DNA of 64,000 bases from the human T2T-CHM13v2.0 reference genome, Homo sapiens: the NCBI RefSeq assembly GCF_009914755.1, contig NC_060935.1; one strand, written 5' to 3'. Position 1 is the first letter of the stretch. Every line of letters starts with the position of its first letter. The notes below the pieces were generated by a model, which was not told the DNA's origin, did no database searches, and was given only the letters and a program-made list of their open reading frames with translations. Both the position numbers and the translations under genes were made by a program. Below, piece by piece: positions 1-19,345 of the stretch.

Positions 1-649
1 GGAAACAAGGTGTTTTATCATATGTTTCCTCCTGGCGTGGGTGGAGGTATGAGAAAATATGTGATCCCAAGATGTTGGAAATCTAAGAAGCCTTCCTGTG
101 AATTTGGGCATGATTATGAAAGTCTAAGCCCATCTATTTTTCATATTTCTCAGAAGCTAATGTGAAATCTGGGAGAAGCCATATCTTTTCCACAAAAACC
201 TTTTAATAAACAGACGTAATTTGCAAAGGGCATCCATTCCACTTCTTTTCCCAGACCAACTCATATTAAATAAGGTGGAAAAGACGTAATGTGTGGCCTT
301 GTTTCAACGTGCCAAATTTTAATATTTCCTGTCATTGAATATGAGATTTGAAGAGAAATCTCTACCCAGAGGCACCACTTCCAGTAAAAATTATTCACAC
401 AAACCCACCTCAGTGTCACAAGCATGGGGAAAAATATGAGTAGGCAGCTACAAATATTAAGAGCACCTAGGGCAGAAATGGCTCTCTGCTGTTTTTCCAA
501 CAGCTAACAAGTGGTATCTATTTCAGTTGGTCTCTTTTCCTGAGCTGAACTTCAATAATGCTTTGAGTGGTTTCTAATGCCACTTAGCATATTGCACATT
601 ATACTATATCATGTGGAGGAGGGGCAGTGTATCAATGTGAAATCAGCAG

Positions 650-870
650 TGAAGGGAAGTGATGTGGTTTGAATAATTCCAGCTCCTGGCTTCATGATGT
701 TAGGTAATATATAATTTCTCTAAGCCTCAATTTCTGTATTTGAAAAATGGGAATAATAATTATACTTAGACAAAAGAATTGCTGTAAGTTTAAATGCAAT
801 AGTAATGTAAGATATCACAATGAACTGTCCATAGTAATGGCAACCTAATAAAAGATAATCATCATTATTA
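650..870 (+). mobile_element. MIR fragment
   Basis: Degenerate MIR core ctctaagcctcaatttctgtatttgaaaaatgggaataataat. Confidence 0.65.
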
Positions 871-1314
871 TTTATAAATTCAAGGGCAGCCATTCTGCTT
901 TATTTACATTTTGATCATCCCATATAAGCACGCCTAATGTTGTGCAAATTTTAGACACTCAATAATTATATGTCGAATGGATAATACAGCTTGAAAATGT
1001 TATTTATACATTTTCTTCATTTTCTACTTTCACTTTGCCGTGCAATGAAAGATTTAAGATTATTCATAATCAAATCACTTGTTTAGGAGTCCTTATATAA
1101 AACAACTTCGTATCTAAGATTTGGGCTGCACTGTGGAAATAATTCTATCATTCAAGAACATAGCATATGGAAGTCTACAACAGGCACACATCTAAAGGCT
1201 AGTCTACCATCTATATTATTATACAGAGACAGTTTGAAATCTGTGTCACAATGACAACTTCTGAGAATTTTATTGTAGTCTATTACATTCATATCATCTT
1301 TTCAAAAAGTTATA

Positions 1315-1430
1315 TTTTGTTTTTAATTGACAATAATAATTGTACAATGTGATGCTTTGATACATATACACATTGTGGAATGATCAAATCAGGCTAATCA
1401 GCATATCCGTCATGTCATATAGTTATCATC
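1315..1430 (-). mobile_element. L1MA-type 3' end fragment
   Basis: ttttaattgacaataataattgtac...aatgatcaaatcaggctaat is a typical antisense L1MA 3' UTR. Confidence 0.6.
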
Positions 1431-1577
1431 TGAATACTGCTCTCTATAATATTTGTAATCTGAACACTCCACCTATAATAAAATATTTAAAATATTTACA
1501 TCAGAGCTATTATAAGTCATAAATTCTAACTGCAAGAAGGGACCTCAAAAATGGCCAATTTGATCCCCAGTTATTAG

Positions 1578-2159
<582 letters not shown>

Positions 2160-2709
2160 CAATATGGCCGTTTCTACTCAAAACACCAGATGCTAAAGCG
2201 CTGTTATCCTGTAGCCCTGTTTTTTTTTCTTCCTAATTTCCTTTTGCTATTTCTCATATGACATGGTTTTGATGTGTCTCACAATTTAAGCTCTGGAAGT
2301 GTTCTCATTTAAAATATCTTTTAAAAAATTGTGCAGCCTGTGACAGATCACAGGAATGGTTACATTAAATAGATCTAGACAGATAAAATAGTGGAGTTCA
2401 TGGTTCCAAGACAGTGAAAATTGTTTTATCAACACATCCATCAACTTGCCATTCCAAGTTGTTACTAAATATGTTGCATAGGACAGACGCAAGATAAGAA
2501 CACTTCATCATCCTCAGAAACCTCCCCCAAGATCTCAGTGTTTCCAGGTCAAACTTCACATCATTCTCTTACTTTCCTTCTTTCCTTTCCAGGTAGCCTT
2601 CCTCAAGTTGGCAAGAATGTCCTGAGATACATTATTTCTGTTCATTCTGGAAATCCAGATACTCTAGGCTAGAACAACTCTACAAATGTCTAGTAAGAAT
2701 TGTGTAAAA

Positions 2710-2945
2710 AAGGGGTTTAGTGGATTTGTCATTCAACAAACCTGAGCTAGATTCTCAGTGTACTATTAATAACATAATCCCCTGGAAGATCATCTCACGT
2801 TAATTTCTGTTTCCTCATGTTTAAAAGATGCAAATAATAATACTTACATAATGGAGTTGTGATGAAATTAGGTGAGATAAAGTATTTATAAAACACTTAG
2901 TTTAATGTATGAAACCTATTTAGTTGCATAATAAATGTTAATTCT
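2710..2945 (+). mobile_element. MIR
   Basis: ctgtttcctcatgtttaaaagatgcaaataataatacttac...aaaacacttag...aataaatgtta. Confidence 0.65.
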
Positions 2946-4169
2946 TCCCTGCTTTCATTGTATCTATTAAGGGTATGATAATAATATCTTCCTTACAGCA
3001 GAAGATTAAATGGGGTACCATATGAATAAAAAGTTTTTATTAACCCTTAAACCTTGTAGCAATTTATATTTATTAAATCCCTCAAATTTCTTTGACCGAG
3101 ATTAGTTATTACCATTCTAACCAGAAAAATTGGGCTTCCCAGTGAATTTCAGAGAAAACACTGTAAGTCATAGGCTGAACTAGTTCTGAAATCCTGTAGT
3201 CTTTATTTGTAAAGCCACTATTTTACTTTTCTAGCTCAGTGTCAGTCAGTGTTGGAACACTGCAAATCTAGAAGAAGGTAAGAGATTCTCTTACCTTAAA
3301 CTTGGAAAAGGAGAGAGATACACTGAGCCAGCCTCCGCTGGGATATTCATAAAAGAGAGGACCTAGCAGTGATGTCTGACTGCTCTGGTAGATCAAGAAC
3401 GGAGGGTCATGAGCCTGGAAAGCCTGCCCAGTGGGACTGAGCCTTATGTAACCTCCCAAACAAAAGCCATGTAGCAAGTCAATTGCTTTGTAATCTAGGG
3501 TCTTGTCTCATAAGTTCCATCTCCCAGAAGAAGGTAGCTTAGTGATTGTTGACCTCGTCTCCTGTTACCAGATAATTAGTCCAAACTAAAACTGTGTCTC
3601 CACTTGAAATCCCCTGTCACATGGAGGGTCTAGAGTATGCTTGTCATTCAACCACTTAGTAACATTCTCAGTTCCCAAAATAATTTCCTGAAAAACACCA
3701 AGTTCCCTAATCAAGGCCATTTGAGCCTTCTGTTTCAAGTCTATTCCTACCATGTCTGTTGTAATAATAATTCCCAAATTATTTTTGCCCCAGAGAACTG
3801 AGACTTTATTTTTATCTTTCTGCTATGGGTCCTAGCATACTGTTATGTTATTAATAGTGCTTCAATTAATAATTATCACGTTGTTTGCCTGATCATAATA
3901 AATTAACATTTATTATGCAATTAAATAGGTTTCATACATTAAACTTTCCATGATATCCTTCTTTGTTAATTTTCTTTGAGCAGAGACATTCCCATAGATC
4001 TTAGCAAATTAGTTTAATTCCTTTGAAAAAATGTTGGTTGGTCATGTGTAAAAATATTTATATTTTTATAACATATATTTACATGTTTGTGTGTGAATAT
4101 ATGTATCCAAGTGCCCACTTATTCACAGGCAATTCTGAAGAGGTCTAGAGTAACTAAGGTAGTTCTTTG

Positions 4170-4171
<2 letters not shown>

Positions 4172-4202
<31 letters not shown>

Positions 4203-4210
4203 TGTGTGTC
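4172..4210. repeat. (TG)n microsatellite
   Basis: Direct inspection. Confidence 0.95.
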
Positions 4211-5089
4211 TGTGGAGAGGACGGCCAGATCCCAACAGCAATCAGGGCTGGGATATCTGAGAGAGTCAGGGACTCCTGAGGTACCTTTGGTGCCAATAAA
4301 TGGAGGAGAGAGGGAATGGGAGGGGTAGGAAGCAAAATGTATTAACTATTTGCTATGTGCCAAGCAGTATAATAATCATAACAGCTAAGCCTAATATTGC
4401 ACTTACTAAATTCCACACAATTTGCACATATTAAGTAATTTCATTTGTGCAACACCACTAAGAAGGAGATACTATTGGTATCACATGTATACATTATATC
4501 ATTTAATCCTTGTAATAAGCCTGCGAAGTTATTGTTATTCCTGTTGTCCAAGAATAGATGCGGCAAGTAGCTGAAATGAAGTTTGCCTGATCCTAAGGTA
4601 TATTCTTCCCTCTACATCAAACTTCACCCAGCCACATTGCCCTCAGTTGCTTTTTAAAAAATTTTTCATAGCTTTTTATTGTGAAATAAAACAAAAACAC
4701 AGAAGAAAGACCACACAAAACAACCATATAGCTTAGTGAAATATTATCAGTCAAATCCCTTTGTAATCACCACTCAGATCAAGGGAAAGAACTTTGACAG
4801 CCACTCCAGAAATCTCTCCACATGCTCTGACTTAAAAATAGTTAGAACTTCCTCCCTCTCCATTGTAGTTATCCTCATAATGTTACTCCATTTTTGACTA
4901 GTGGGAACCTCTTCAAGTTGGCTGAGTCTTTCTGACACGACTCTGTATTCTTTAAACAATTTTTTTATGTCAGTAGCTTTTGGGGTACTAAAAAACCTCA
5001 ATTGCTTTTCAGTGAAAGTGAAATCTGGCATATATTATAATACAAGGATGAACCATAATATAGGTTACAAAGCCAATATAAGGTTTAAT

Positions 5090-5755
5090 CTCTGCTAACT
5101 TCTAGTCTCCTCTTTTCTCCAGTGACTCTGTCCTTCATTCAGTCCCTTCTTCTCACCATGCTTCCTCTCACCACCAGACCTTTGCACAGACTGTTGACTC
5201 TGCTTGGAATGTCTTTTCTCTTTTCTTTTTACTTAATAAGCTTCTAATTATCCTTTGTCCCAGTTGTATGACAACTTCCTCAGGGAAGATTTTTTGACCT
5301 TGGTTATGTCAGGGTCAAATGCATCTTTTGGAATGTTCCTTTTGGAATCTCACTGACCTCTCAATCATTGCAACCATTACAATTTTACTTATATTTGTTT
5401 ACTATTTGATTAACTTCTATCTCTCCTATTCATGTATAAGCGCAGTGACGGCAACAACCAAGTCTCCTTTTTCTCAACTTGTATGCATATAATATGAGTA
5501 ACAAAAGGCTAGACTAGGATTTCCCAGCCTGGGCACTGCTGACCTTTTAGGCTGGATATTTGTTTCACAACATCCTGGTTTCTACCCACTAGATGAAACA
5601 TACATGCATTGTAACCATACTCTGGTTGTATTAATAAAAAATATCTCCAGATGTTGCCAAATGGTCCCCTGGCAGTCAAAATTGGCCCAGTTAAGAACCA
5701 TTGGAACAGACATATAGAAGATACTCAAAACTATTTATTAAATGATTAAATAAAT
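5090..5755 (+). mobile_element. L2 3' region interrupted by MER20
   Basis: cctttgcacagactgttgactctgcttggaatgtc... and an L2-like terminus tatttattaaatgattaaataaat. Confidence 0.6.
5515..5705 (+). mobile_element. MER20 (hAT-Charlie) DNA transposon
   Basis: ggcactgctgaccttttaggctggata...aaaatatctccagatgttgccaaatg...ccagttaagaaccattg. Confidence 0.8.
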
Positions 5756-6546
5756 AACTCAAGATTCACATCTGGAAGTGTATGGAAATGAATCTTTCAA
5801 CTCAAGATAAAGATGGGGAGGTTGGCAGGTGAGCATAGAATTGTAGATGTCTAGACTGTATATTTGTCTTTTTCTCATCCATCCATGGTACACTGATGCA
5901 TTTTCTTTACTGTTGTAGTGATACTTCAGTTAAATGGATGAAGAATAGTAATCTAATTTAGAATGAGAGCATTCTTCTTGATCAATTCTAATGAAACACC
6001 AACAATTCCTCCTTACCAACTATCCATTTTGAATAATATAGATTAACTTCTGTATGTATGCAAATTTTCTTCAGAAGCAAGTTGTCTATGTGGGTTCTTG
6101 CTTAGGGGAATAAGGGAACAAGTGAAGGGTCCTACAACTCGTGCTATGAAATTAGATACAACTGAGGGGGTAACATAGAGGACGTATGACTGTGAAAATA
6201 TATAGGGCTTCTTGTACTTTCTTCAATAATTTCTCCTATAATCTTCTACCTCTATAAGTAGAACATGGAATTATATGACAATAATGATGTTAAAATCTTG
6301 GTCTGCTACTTCCTGACTTCAAGTAAGAGTCTAAAGAATAGACTATGGAACAGGAAATCGTGTAGCATGATTTCAAAAGTTATTTTCAGGTGACTGGGTA
6401 GGGAGAATGCTGTTACAATGCATGTATGTGTGAAGAATATGACATATTTAATGATTCTGAATACTATGTGATGAAAACATTTTTATTCTCTAAGCTACAT
6501 TAGAGAGTGAGAGAGTGGTACTGCAAGTTTTTGTCTGGTAGATATG

Positions 6547-6950
6547 TGTATTAGTTTGCTAGAGCTGCCATAAAAGTACCACAGACTGGGTGGCTTCTGT
6601 GACAGAAATTTATTGTTTTACAATTCTGGAGGCTTGAAGTCCGAGATCAAGGTGTTGTCAGAGTTGCTTTCTTTTGTGATTTTTCTCTTTGGCTTGCCAA
6701 TGGCTGTCTTTTCCCGGTGTCTTCACATGGTCTTCCTTGTGTACATGTCTCTGTCCTTCTTAGAAGGGCACCAGTCATATTGGATTAGGGTCCACCCTAA
6801 TGATCTCATTTTAACTTAATTACTTCTTTAAGTAATTTAAGTAATTTAACTTAATTACTTCTTTAAGTAATTAAGTTAAAATGTATTGTCTCCAAATAGT
6901 CACGTTCCGAGGTATCAGAGGTTAGGACTTCAACATATAAAGTTTTTTTG
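6547..6950 (-). mobile_element. MLT1B/C MaLR solo LTR
   Basis: tgtattagtttgctagagctgccata...cagtcatattggattagggtccaccctaatga...ggacttcaacatat. Confidence 0.85.
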
Positions 6951-8743
6951 GGTGTATGTATTAAAATGGGATAAAATATATCACACCAAGGAAGTCTCTT
7001 TAGTTTTTCCCCATCAAGTAGTCCATTTGTCCAGAAGTCTCTCCATCTTTCATGCTATGCAGTTACAGATGCACAAATAATCACATGTATTCACACACAC
7101 GCATGCATATAAAATACCAGACCACAGCAAAATAGAAAGTTATAAGTCTTTGGTTGGCCTTGGCATGGGTTGGCATCCTGGTTCAACCACTGTCCTTCTA
7201 TAAGAGCAGGGGTGTGTTGTTAGAGCCATTGTCCCCAGTCTCACAAATACTCACATTCCCATTCATCATCTCTCTGGGGGAAAATATTTGGAGAAGTAGA
7301 TGAAGGAAACTCAGGTATCCAATCAACCAAAAATGGTGTTCTAATGTTCCATATTTTACAAAGTAACTATCGGGAAATACTATAGTAATGGACCAAGTAC
7401 TTCATGAAATGAGTAATTTGCTGCTGCAATAATTCTACTCCCCTCCACCTTGATATACAGACTGTATTTAATTAATCCCAAAGGGAACTTGAGCAAAAGG
7501 AGTTGAGGATACAGGCATACTTTCCTTCAAGAAAGCCGATATTTTAAGAAACCAAAATTTAAAAAAAGAAAATTAAAAACTCCAAAAATGTGAGTGGGGT
7601 TCACAATTATCAAAGCAGACAGCCTCCTTGTGGAATTCCTGTAAATGCCATCATCTTAGGGACTTTCATGTCCTAGTTTAGACAAGCAAAAAACAAAACA
7701 AAACGAGGACTTCACAGAGAGAAGCTTCATGGGGGGTGGATCACTGGGGATGTGACCTCAACAGCTGAAACCTAAGGATGATTAACAGTGATTCAGAAAG
7801 ATCAGTAAAAATGAAGATAAATAAGCTCTGGTATCTTAATGTGGGTCAATGTAAAAAGAAGATTTGATTTGCAAATGTTTGACATATAAACTTTGGATTG
7901 TTATGTAGATACATAATATTATTACATAATACATAAAGTCACTGAAAATTTGTTTTAAATGGATATTTTTACGCTATTGGCAGAAGATCTGAGTGGGTGG
8001 TATTGAGTATGGGACCTCGGGGTAGCAATTCCCCCAAATGTAATTGGGGGAATTATAATTTAAAAGACAATTATATTATTGTAAATGAACCCTGTAGTAC
8101 ACCCAGGCATAAATTATGTTTGTATTGGGTATGGGACCTTGGGGTAGCAAATGCTGCCAGTGATGCTGATGCAGGGAGCCAGCTGACAGCCCATAGAGAG
8201 ATACTACTTTATAAAAACTCAGGTTTGAACCAGAATTTGTTTGTTCATCCTACTATTTTGAATTTGGCAGTCTGTAAAGCTTTCCTATAGCACAAATCCC
8301 TGTCTCTATTCTAAGAAATCACTATCCAGAAGGGATAATAAAGTTAGTACTTTACTAGGACAAGCATGGGCAAGTTCATTTATGTATTCCATACCTACAT
8401 GGCACATAGGCACATTAACACAAAGTATGGGGCAAATTCAAAAGACAATTACATTATTGTAGGTGAACTCTGTAGTACACCCAGGCATAAATTATGTTTG
8501 TTAAGTCAGCATTCCATAAAATTCTCTGTTCACATTTTTGTGTCATGTGTAAGGCCGAGATTCTTAGCTATTTCTCTCATTTCTCCTCTTTAGATATCTG
8601 TATCTATATATATCTCATCTACAAGTAGATTATCTGTGTGTGTGTGTATATATACACACATATATATAGTGGGAGCTCACATGTGCTTGTGTGCACATTT
8701 TTATGTGAATGATTGGAGAGTTTCTTTTTTTGTCAGTTGTGTC

Positions 8744-15158
<6,415 letters not shown>

Positions 15159-15279
15159 CATCAAAGAGATTCTTTATGAAATAATTTCACTGAGAAAAAC
15201 AGTTTAACCAGAAGATACTGGATTCACACTTTAGTGAGGGCTCTACCTAATTTGCTGAAGAGCTATCTTATGCCTAATT

Positions 15280-15980
15280 AAAAATGGAAAAAATAATCCT
15301 AAAATTTCTATGGTACCACAAAACACCCAGAATAGCCAAAACCATCTGGGCAAAAAGAACAGAACTAGAATCGTCACATTACCTGACTTCAAATTATACT
15401 ACAGAGTTGCAGTAACAAAAACAGCATGGTACTGGCATAAAAACACATAGAACAATGGAACAGAATAGAGAACCTAGAACTCAATACATACATCTACAGT
15501 GAACTCATTTGCAATGAAGGTGCCAAGAATATACACTGGGGAAAGGACAAGTTTCTTCAACAAATGATGCTGGGAAAACTGAATTTGCAGAAGCGTGAAA
15601 GTAAACCCCTATCTCTCACATATACAAACAATAAATCAAAATGGATTAAAGGCTTAAATATAAGACCTCAAACTATAAAACTGCTATAAGAAAATATTGA
15701 AAAAACTCTCCAGGACATTGGTCTGGGCAAAGATTTCTTAAGTAATACTCTCAATCACATACAACCAAAGCAAAAATGGGCAAATGGGACAACATGAAGT
15801 TAAAAAGCTTCTGCGCAGCAAAGGAAACAGTCCACAAAGTGAAGAGAGAACCCACAGAATGGGAGAAAATATTTGCCAACTACCCCTCTGACAAAGGATT
15901 AATCACCAGAATATATAATGAATTCAAACAACACAATAGCAAAAAATCCAATAGTCTGAGTGAAAAAAGGCAAACTATAA
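15280..15980 (+). mobile_element. Older L1 (L1MA-like) ORF2 3' fragment
   Basis: ORF 15776-16102 begins [34 protein letters not shown], which is ORF2p sequence. Confidence 0.85.
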
Positions 15981-15982
15981 TT

Positions 15983-17705
15983 TGGAGATCATGGCAGATG
16001 GGAGGCAAGACTAGATTTCAGCTCCCACTCAGACAGACAGGACAGCGTGTGGAGTCTCGCATTGTGAACTTTTTCTCCAGAACGTCTGCAGGAATACACT
16101 AGGAAAGCCAAGAGAACCCACAGATCCTCTGAAGGAAGTGGATTGCTCCTGCAGGACCTGGGAGACACCCCAAATACTGTGAGTGCCCAAACTGTGGAAG
16201 TGGGAAAGGGAGATCATCTGCCCCTGAACACACACACCCCACTGGGGAATCTGAGGTCTAGATTATGTGAGAAGATTCTGACCTTACTGGGAACGGAGTC
16301 AATTTAGAGAGCCAAGCAAAATACAGGGGTAGAGGAAGCAGCAGGAAAATCCCTGTGAGCTTGCTGGGTCCCCTAGCAAGCCATTTCTGCCTCACCTCTC
16401 AGGGGTCTTTGAGGAGGGCTGCCAGAGGCACTGGGAAGTGTCCTAGGGAGGAAGAAACCTCCAGCTGAACTTTGTAACAATTTGAACCCATAGAGAAGTC
16501 TCCTGGCCAGAACTTTGGGGAGGGCGTGAATCCAGCATGCAGACTCCATAGGCCAGAAAAGAAGGAAAGCCATATTTGCTTTCACAGCTGGGAGGTGGGT
16601 GGCCTGGGGCAAGTTATCAGCCCTGCTCACCCACTGCCTGGAAACAGACTCAGTGCTGTTGGCAGGGGCACAGTGGGAGTGACACAGGCCGTTTGGGGTG
16701 CATGGGAGCTGGGTGAAGCCTGTGACTGCTGGCTTTCCCCCACTTCCCTGACAACCTGCAGGACACAGTAGAGGCAGCCATAATCCTCCTAGGAACACAA
16801 CTCCATTGACCTGGGAAGCTTTCCCCTATCTCCCACAGCAGCCACAGCAAGACCCATCCAACTAGAGTCTGAGCTCAGACATGACTAACCCTGCCCCCAC
16901 CTAATGGTCCTTCTCTACCCACCCTGGTAACTGAAGAAAAAGGTTATATAATCTAGGGAGTTTTAGGGCCCTGTCCACCGCCTGTTCCTCCCCATACTAC
17001 TACAGCTGATGCTCTCTTGAAAGTGCCACCTCCTGGCAGGAAGCCAACCAGCACAAAATGTGCACTCATCAACCAAAGCTTAGAACCCTCACAGAGTCCA
17101 CTTCACACCCTTGCTACCTCCACTGAAGCAAGTGTTGAGAGACCCGCAGGTGGTTCACATCACAGGACTCTAAAGACAACCCACAGTACCAGCCCAGAGC
17201 CTGGTAGACTTGCTGGGTGGCTAGATCCACAAGAGAGATAACAATCACTACAGCTCAGCTCTCAGGAAGTCACATACCTAGGAAAAGGAGGAGAGTACTA
17301 CATCAAGGAAACGCCCCGTGGGACAAAAGTATCTGAACAACAGCGTTGAGCACTAGACCTTCCCTCTGACAGAACCTACCCAAATGAGAAGGAACCAGAA
17401 AGCCAACTCTGGAAATATGACAAAACAAGGTTCTTTAACACCCTCAAAACACCACACTAGCTCACTAGCAATGGATCCGAACAAAGAAGAAATCCCTGAT
17501 TTACCTGAAAAAGAATTCAGGTTAGTTATTAAGCTAATGAGGGAGGCAACAGAGAAAGGCAAAGCACAATGTAAGGGAATAAAAAAAAATGATATAAGAA
17601 GTGAAGGGAAAAACATTCAGCGAAATAGCATAAATAAAAAATCAAAACTTCAGAAAACAATGGGCACACTTACAGAAATGCAAAATGCTCTGGAAAATCT
17701 GAGCA
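15983..17705 (+). mobile_element. L1PB-type 5'UTR and start of ORF1
   Basis: gatcatggcagatgggaggcaagactagat 5' end; ORF1 N-terminus MRRNQKANSGNMTKQGSLTP at 17384. Confidence 0.8.
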
Positions 17706-18912
17706 AGATTTCAGGTCCAGGAAGACTGGTGAGCAGGTGTCAGAGAGACTTGGTGGGTTGTCATCAAGTAGGACTACCCTTGAACCTGTGCAAAAGAGAC
17801 ACTAACTTGGTGAGCTCCTTCTCAAAGGAACATATAGGGCCACAGCTGGCTCTTACTCATAAGCACCATCTACTGGTCTTTAGGCCAGACTGCACAGCCC
17901 AATATAAAACCTGCCTAGGAAAGTGCATAGCCTAAGACCCTATCCAGCATATTCTACAGTCACACACCCTAGGAAGGGGAGGAAATGTCAAGAAAAAAAT
18001 ATATAAAGAAACAAACAAAAAATCCTATCTGCATGAAAATAATTACGAATATTAGAAGTGTCAGTCTTTCCAGATGAGAGGGAAGAAGTGTAAGAATTCT
18101 GAGCTGTGAAAAATCCAAATGTGACGACACTATCAAAGGATCACACTAGCTCTCCAGCAATGGTCCCTACCCAAAATGGAAAGTCAGTAATGACAGATAA
18201 AGAATGCAAACAATGAGATATCATCTTACACCAGGCAGAATGGCTATTATTAAAAAGTCAATTTTGGTGAGGATGCAGAGAAAAAGAATGCTTATACACT
18301 GTTGGTGGGAATGTAAATTAGTACAACCTCTATGGAAAACAGTATGGAGATTTCTCAAAGAATTAAAAATAGAACTACTATTAGATCCAACAACCCCACT
18401 ACTGGATATCTACCCAAAAGAAAAGAAATCATCATATGAAAAAGATACCTGCACTCATATATTTATCACAGCACTATTATCAATAGCAAAGATTTGGAAT
18501 CAACCTAAGTGTCCATCCACAGGTCAATGGATAAAGAAAATGTGGTATATATACACAATGGAATAATATTCAGCCATAAGAAAGGATGAAGTCATGTCTT
18601 TTGCAGAACATAGATGGAACTGGAGGCTATTACCTTAAGTGAAACAAATTAGACCCAGAAAGACAAATACCACACGTTCTCACTTATAAGTGGGAGAGAA
18701 ATAATGTGTACAGTGGGCATACAGTGTTCAATAGCAGACACTGGAGACTTGGAAGGATGGGAGGCTGGAAAGGGGGTGAGGGATAGGAAACTACGTAATG
18801 GATAAAATATTATTTGGATGATGGTTACACTGACTGCTCAGACTTTACCACTGCACAACCTACCCATGTAAGAAAACTGCACTTCTACCTGTTGTATTTA
18901 TACAAATAAAAA
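17706..18912 (+). mobile_element. L1PA15/16-like element with the 5'UTR and ORF1 start fused to the ORF2 end and 3'UTR
   Basis: ccagatgagagggaag...gatcacactagctctccagcaatgg joins TMRYHLTP (ORF 18204-18566) at ~18203; the element ends in aataaaaaa. Confidence 0.7.
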
Positions 18913-19142
18913 AGGAGAAAAAGATTATTTCTTAGTCAAATTACTTGTTTAGGGGCCTTTAAGGAAAACAACTTTGCATCCAACAGTTGGGCTGCACTGT
19001 GAAAAAAAAATTATTCTTCAAGGACACAGTTTATAGAAGGCTACAACAAAAGACATTTAAAGGCTATTCTGCTATCTATATTATGATGGAGGTCTTTGCA
19101 ATCTGTGTCATAATGATTAACTTTGAGAATTTTACTGTAGTC

Positions 19143-19345
19143 AGTGATACGGTTTGGATCTGTGTCTCATCGAAACTCATGTCAACTTCTAATTCCCAGT
19201 GTTGGAAATGGGGCCTGGTGGGAGGTGGTTTGATGATGGAGGGTGGATTTTTCATGAACGTTTAGCAACATCCCCTTGGTGCTGTTCTTGTGAAAGTGAG
19301 TGAGTTCCCATGAGACCTGGTTGTTTAAAACAGTGCAGCATCTCC
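19143..19345 (+). mobile_element. MST (MSTA/B) LTR, 3'-truncated
   Basis: tgatacggtttggatctgtgtc...aattcccagtgttggaaatggggcctggtgggaggtg. Confidence 0.8.

Noticed and set aside
261-500. 79-aa hydrophobic ORF near the window start
   Set aside because: Non-ATG start and no OR or other recognisable motif; probably a chance ORF.
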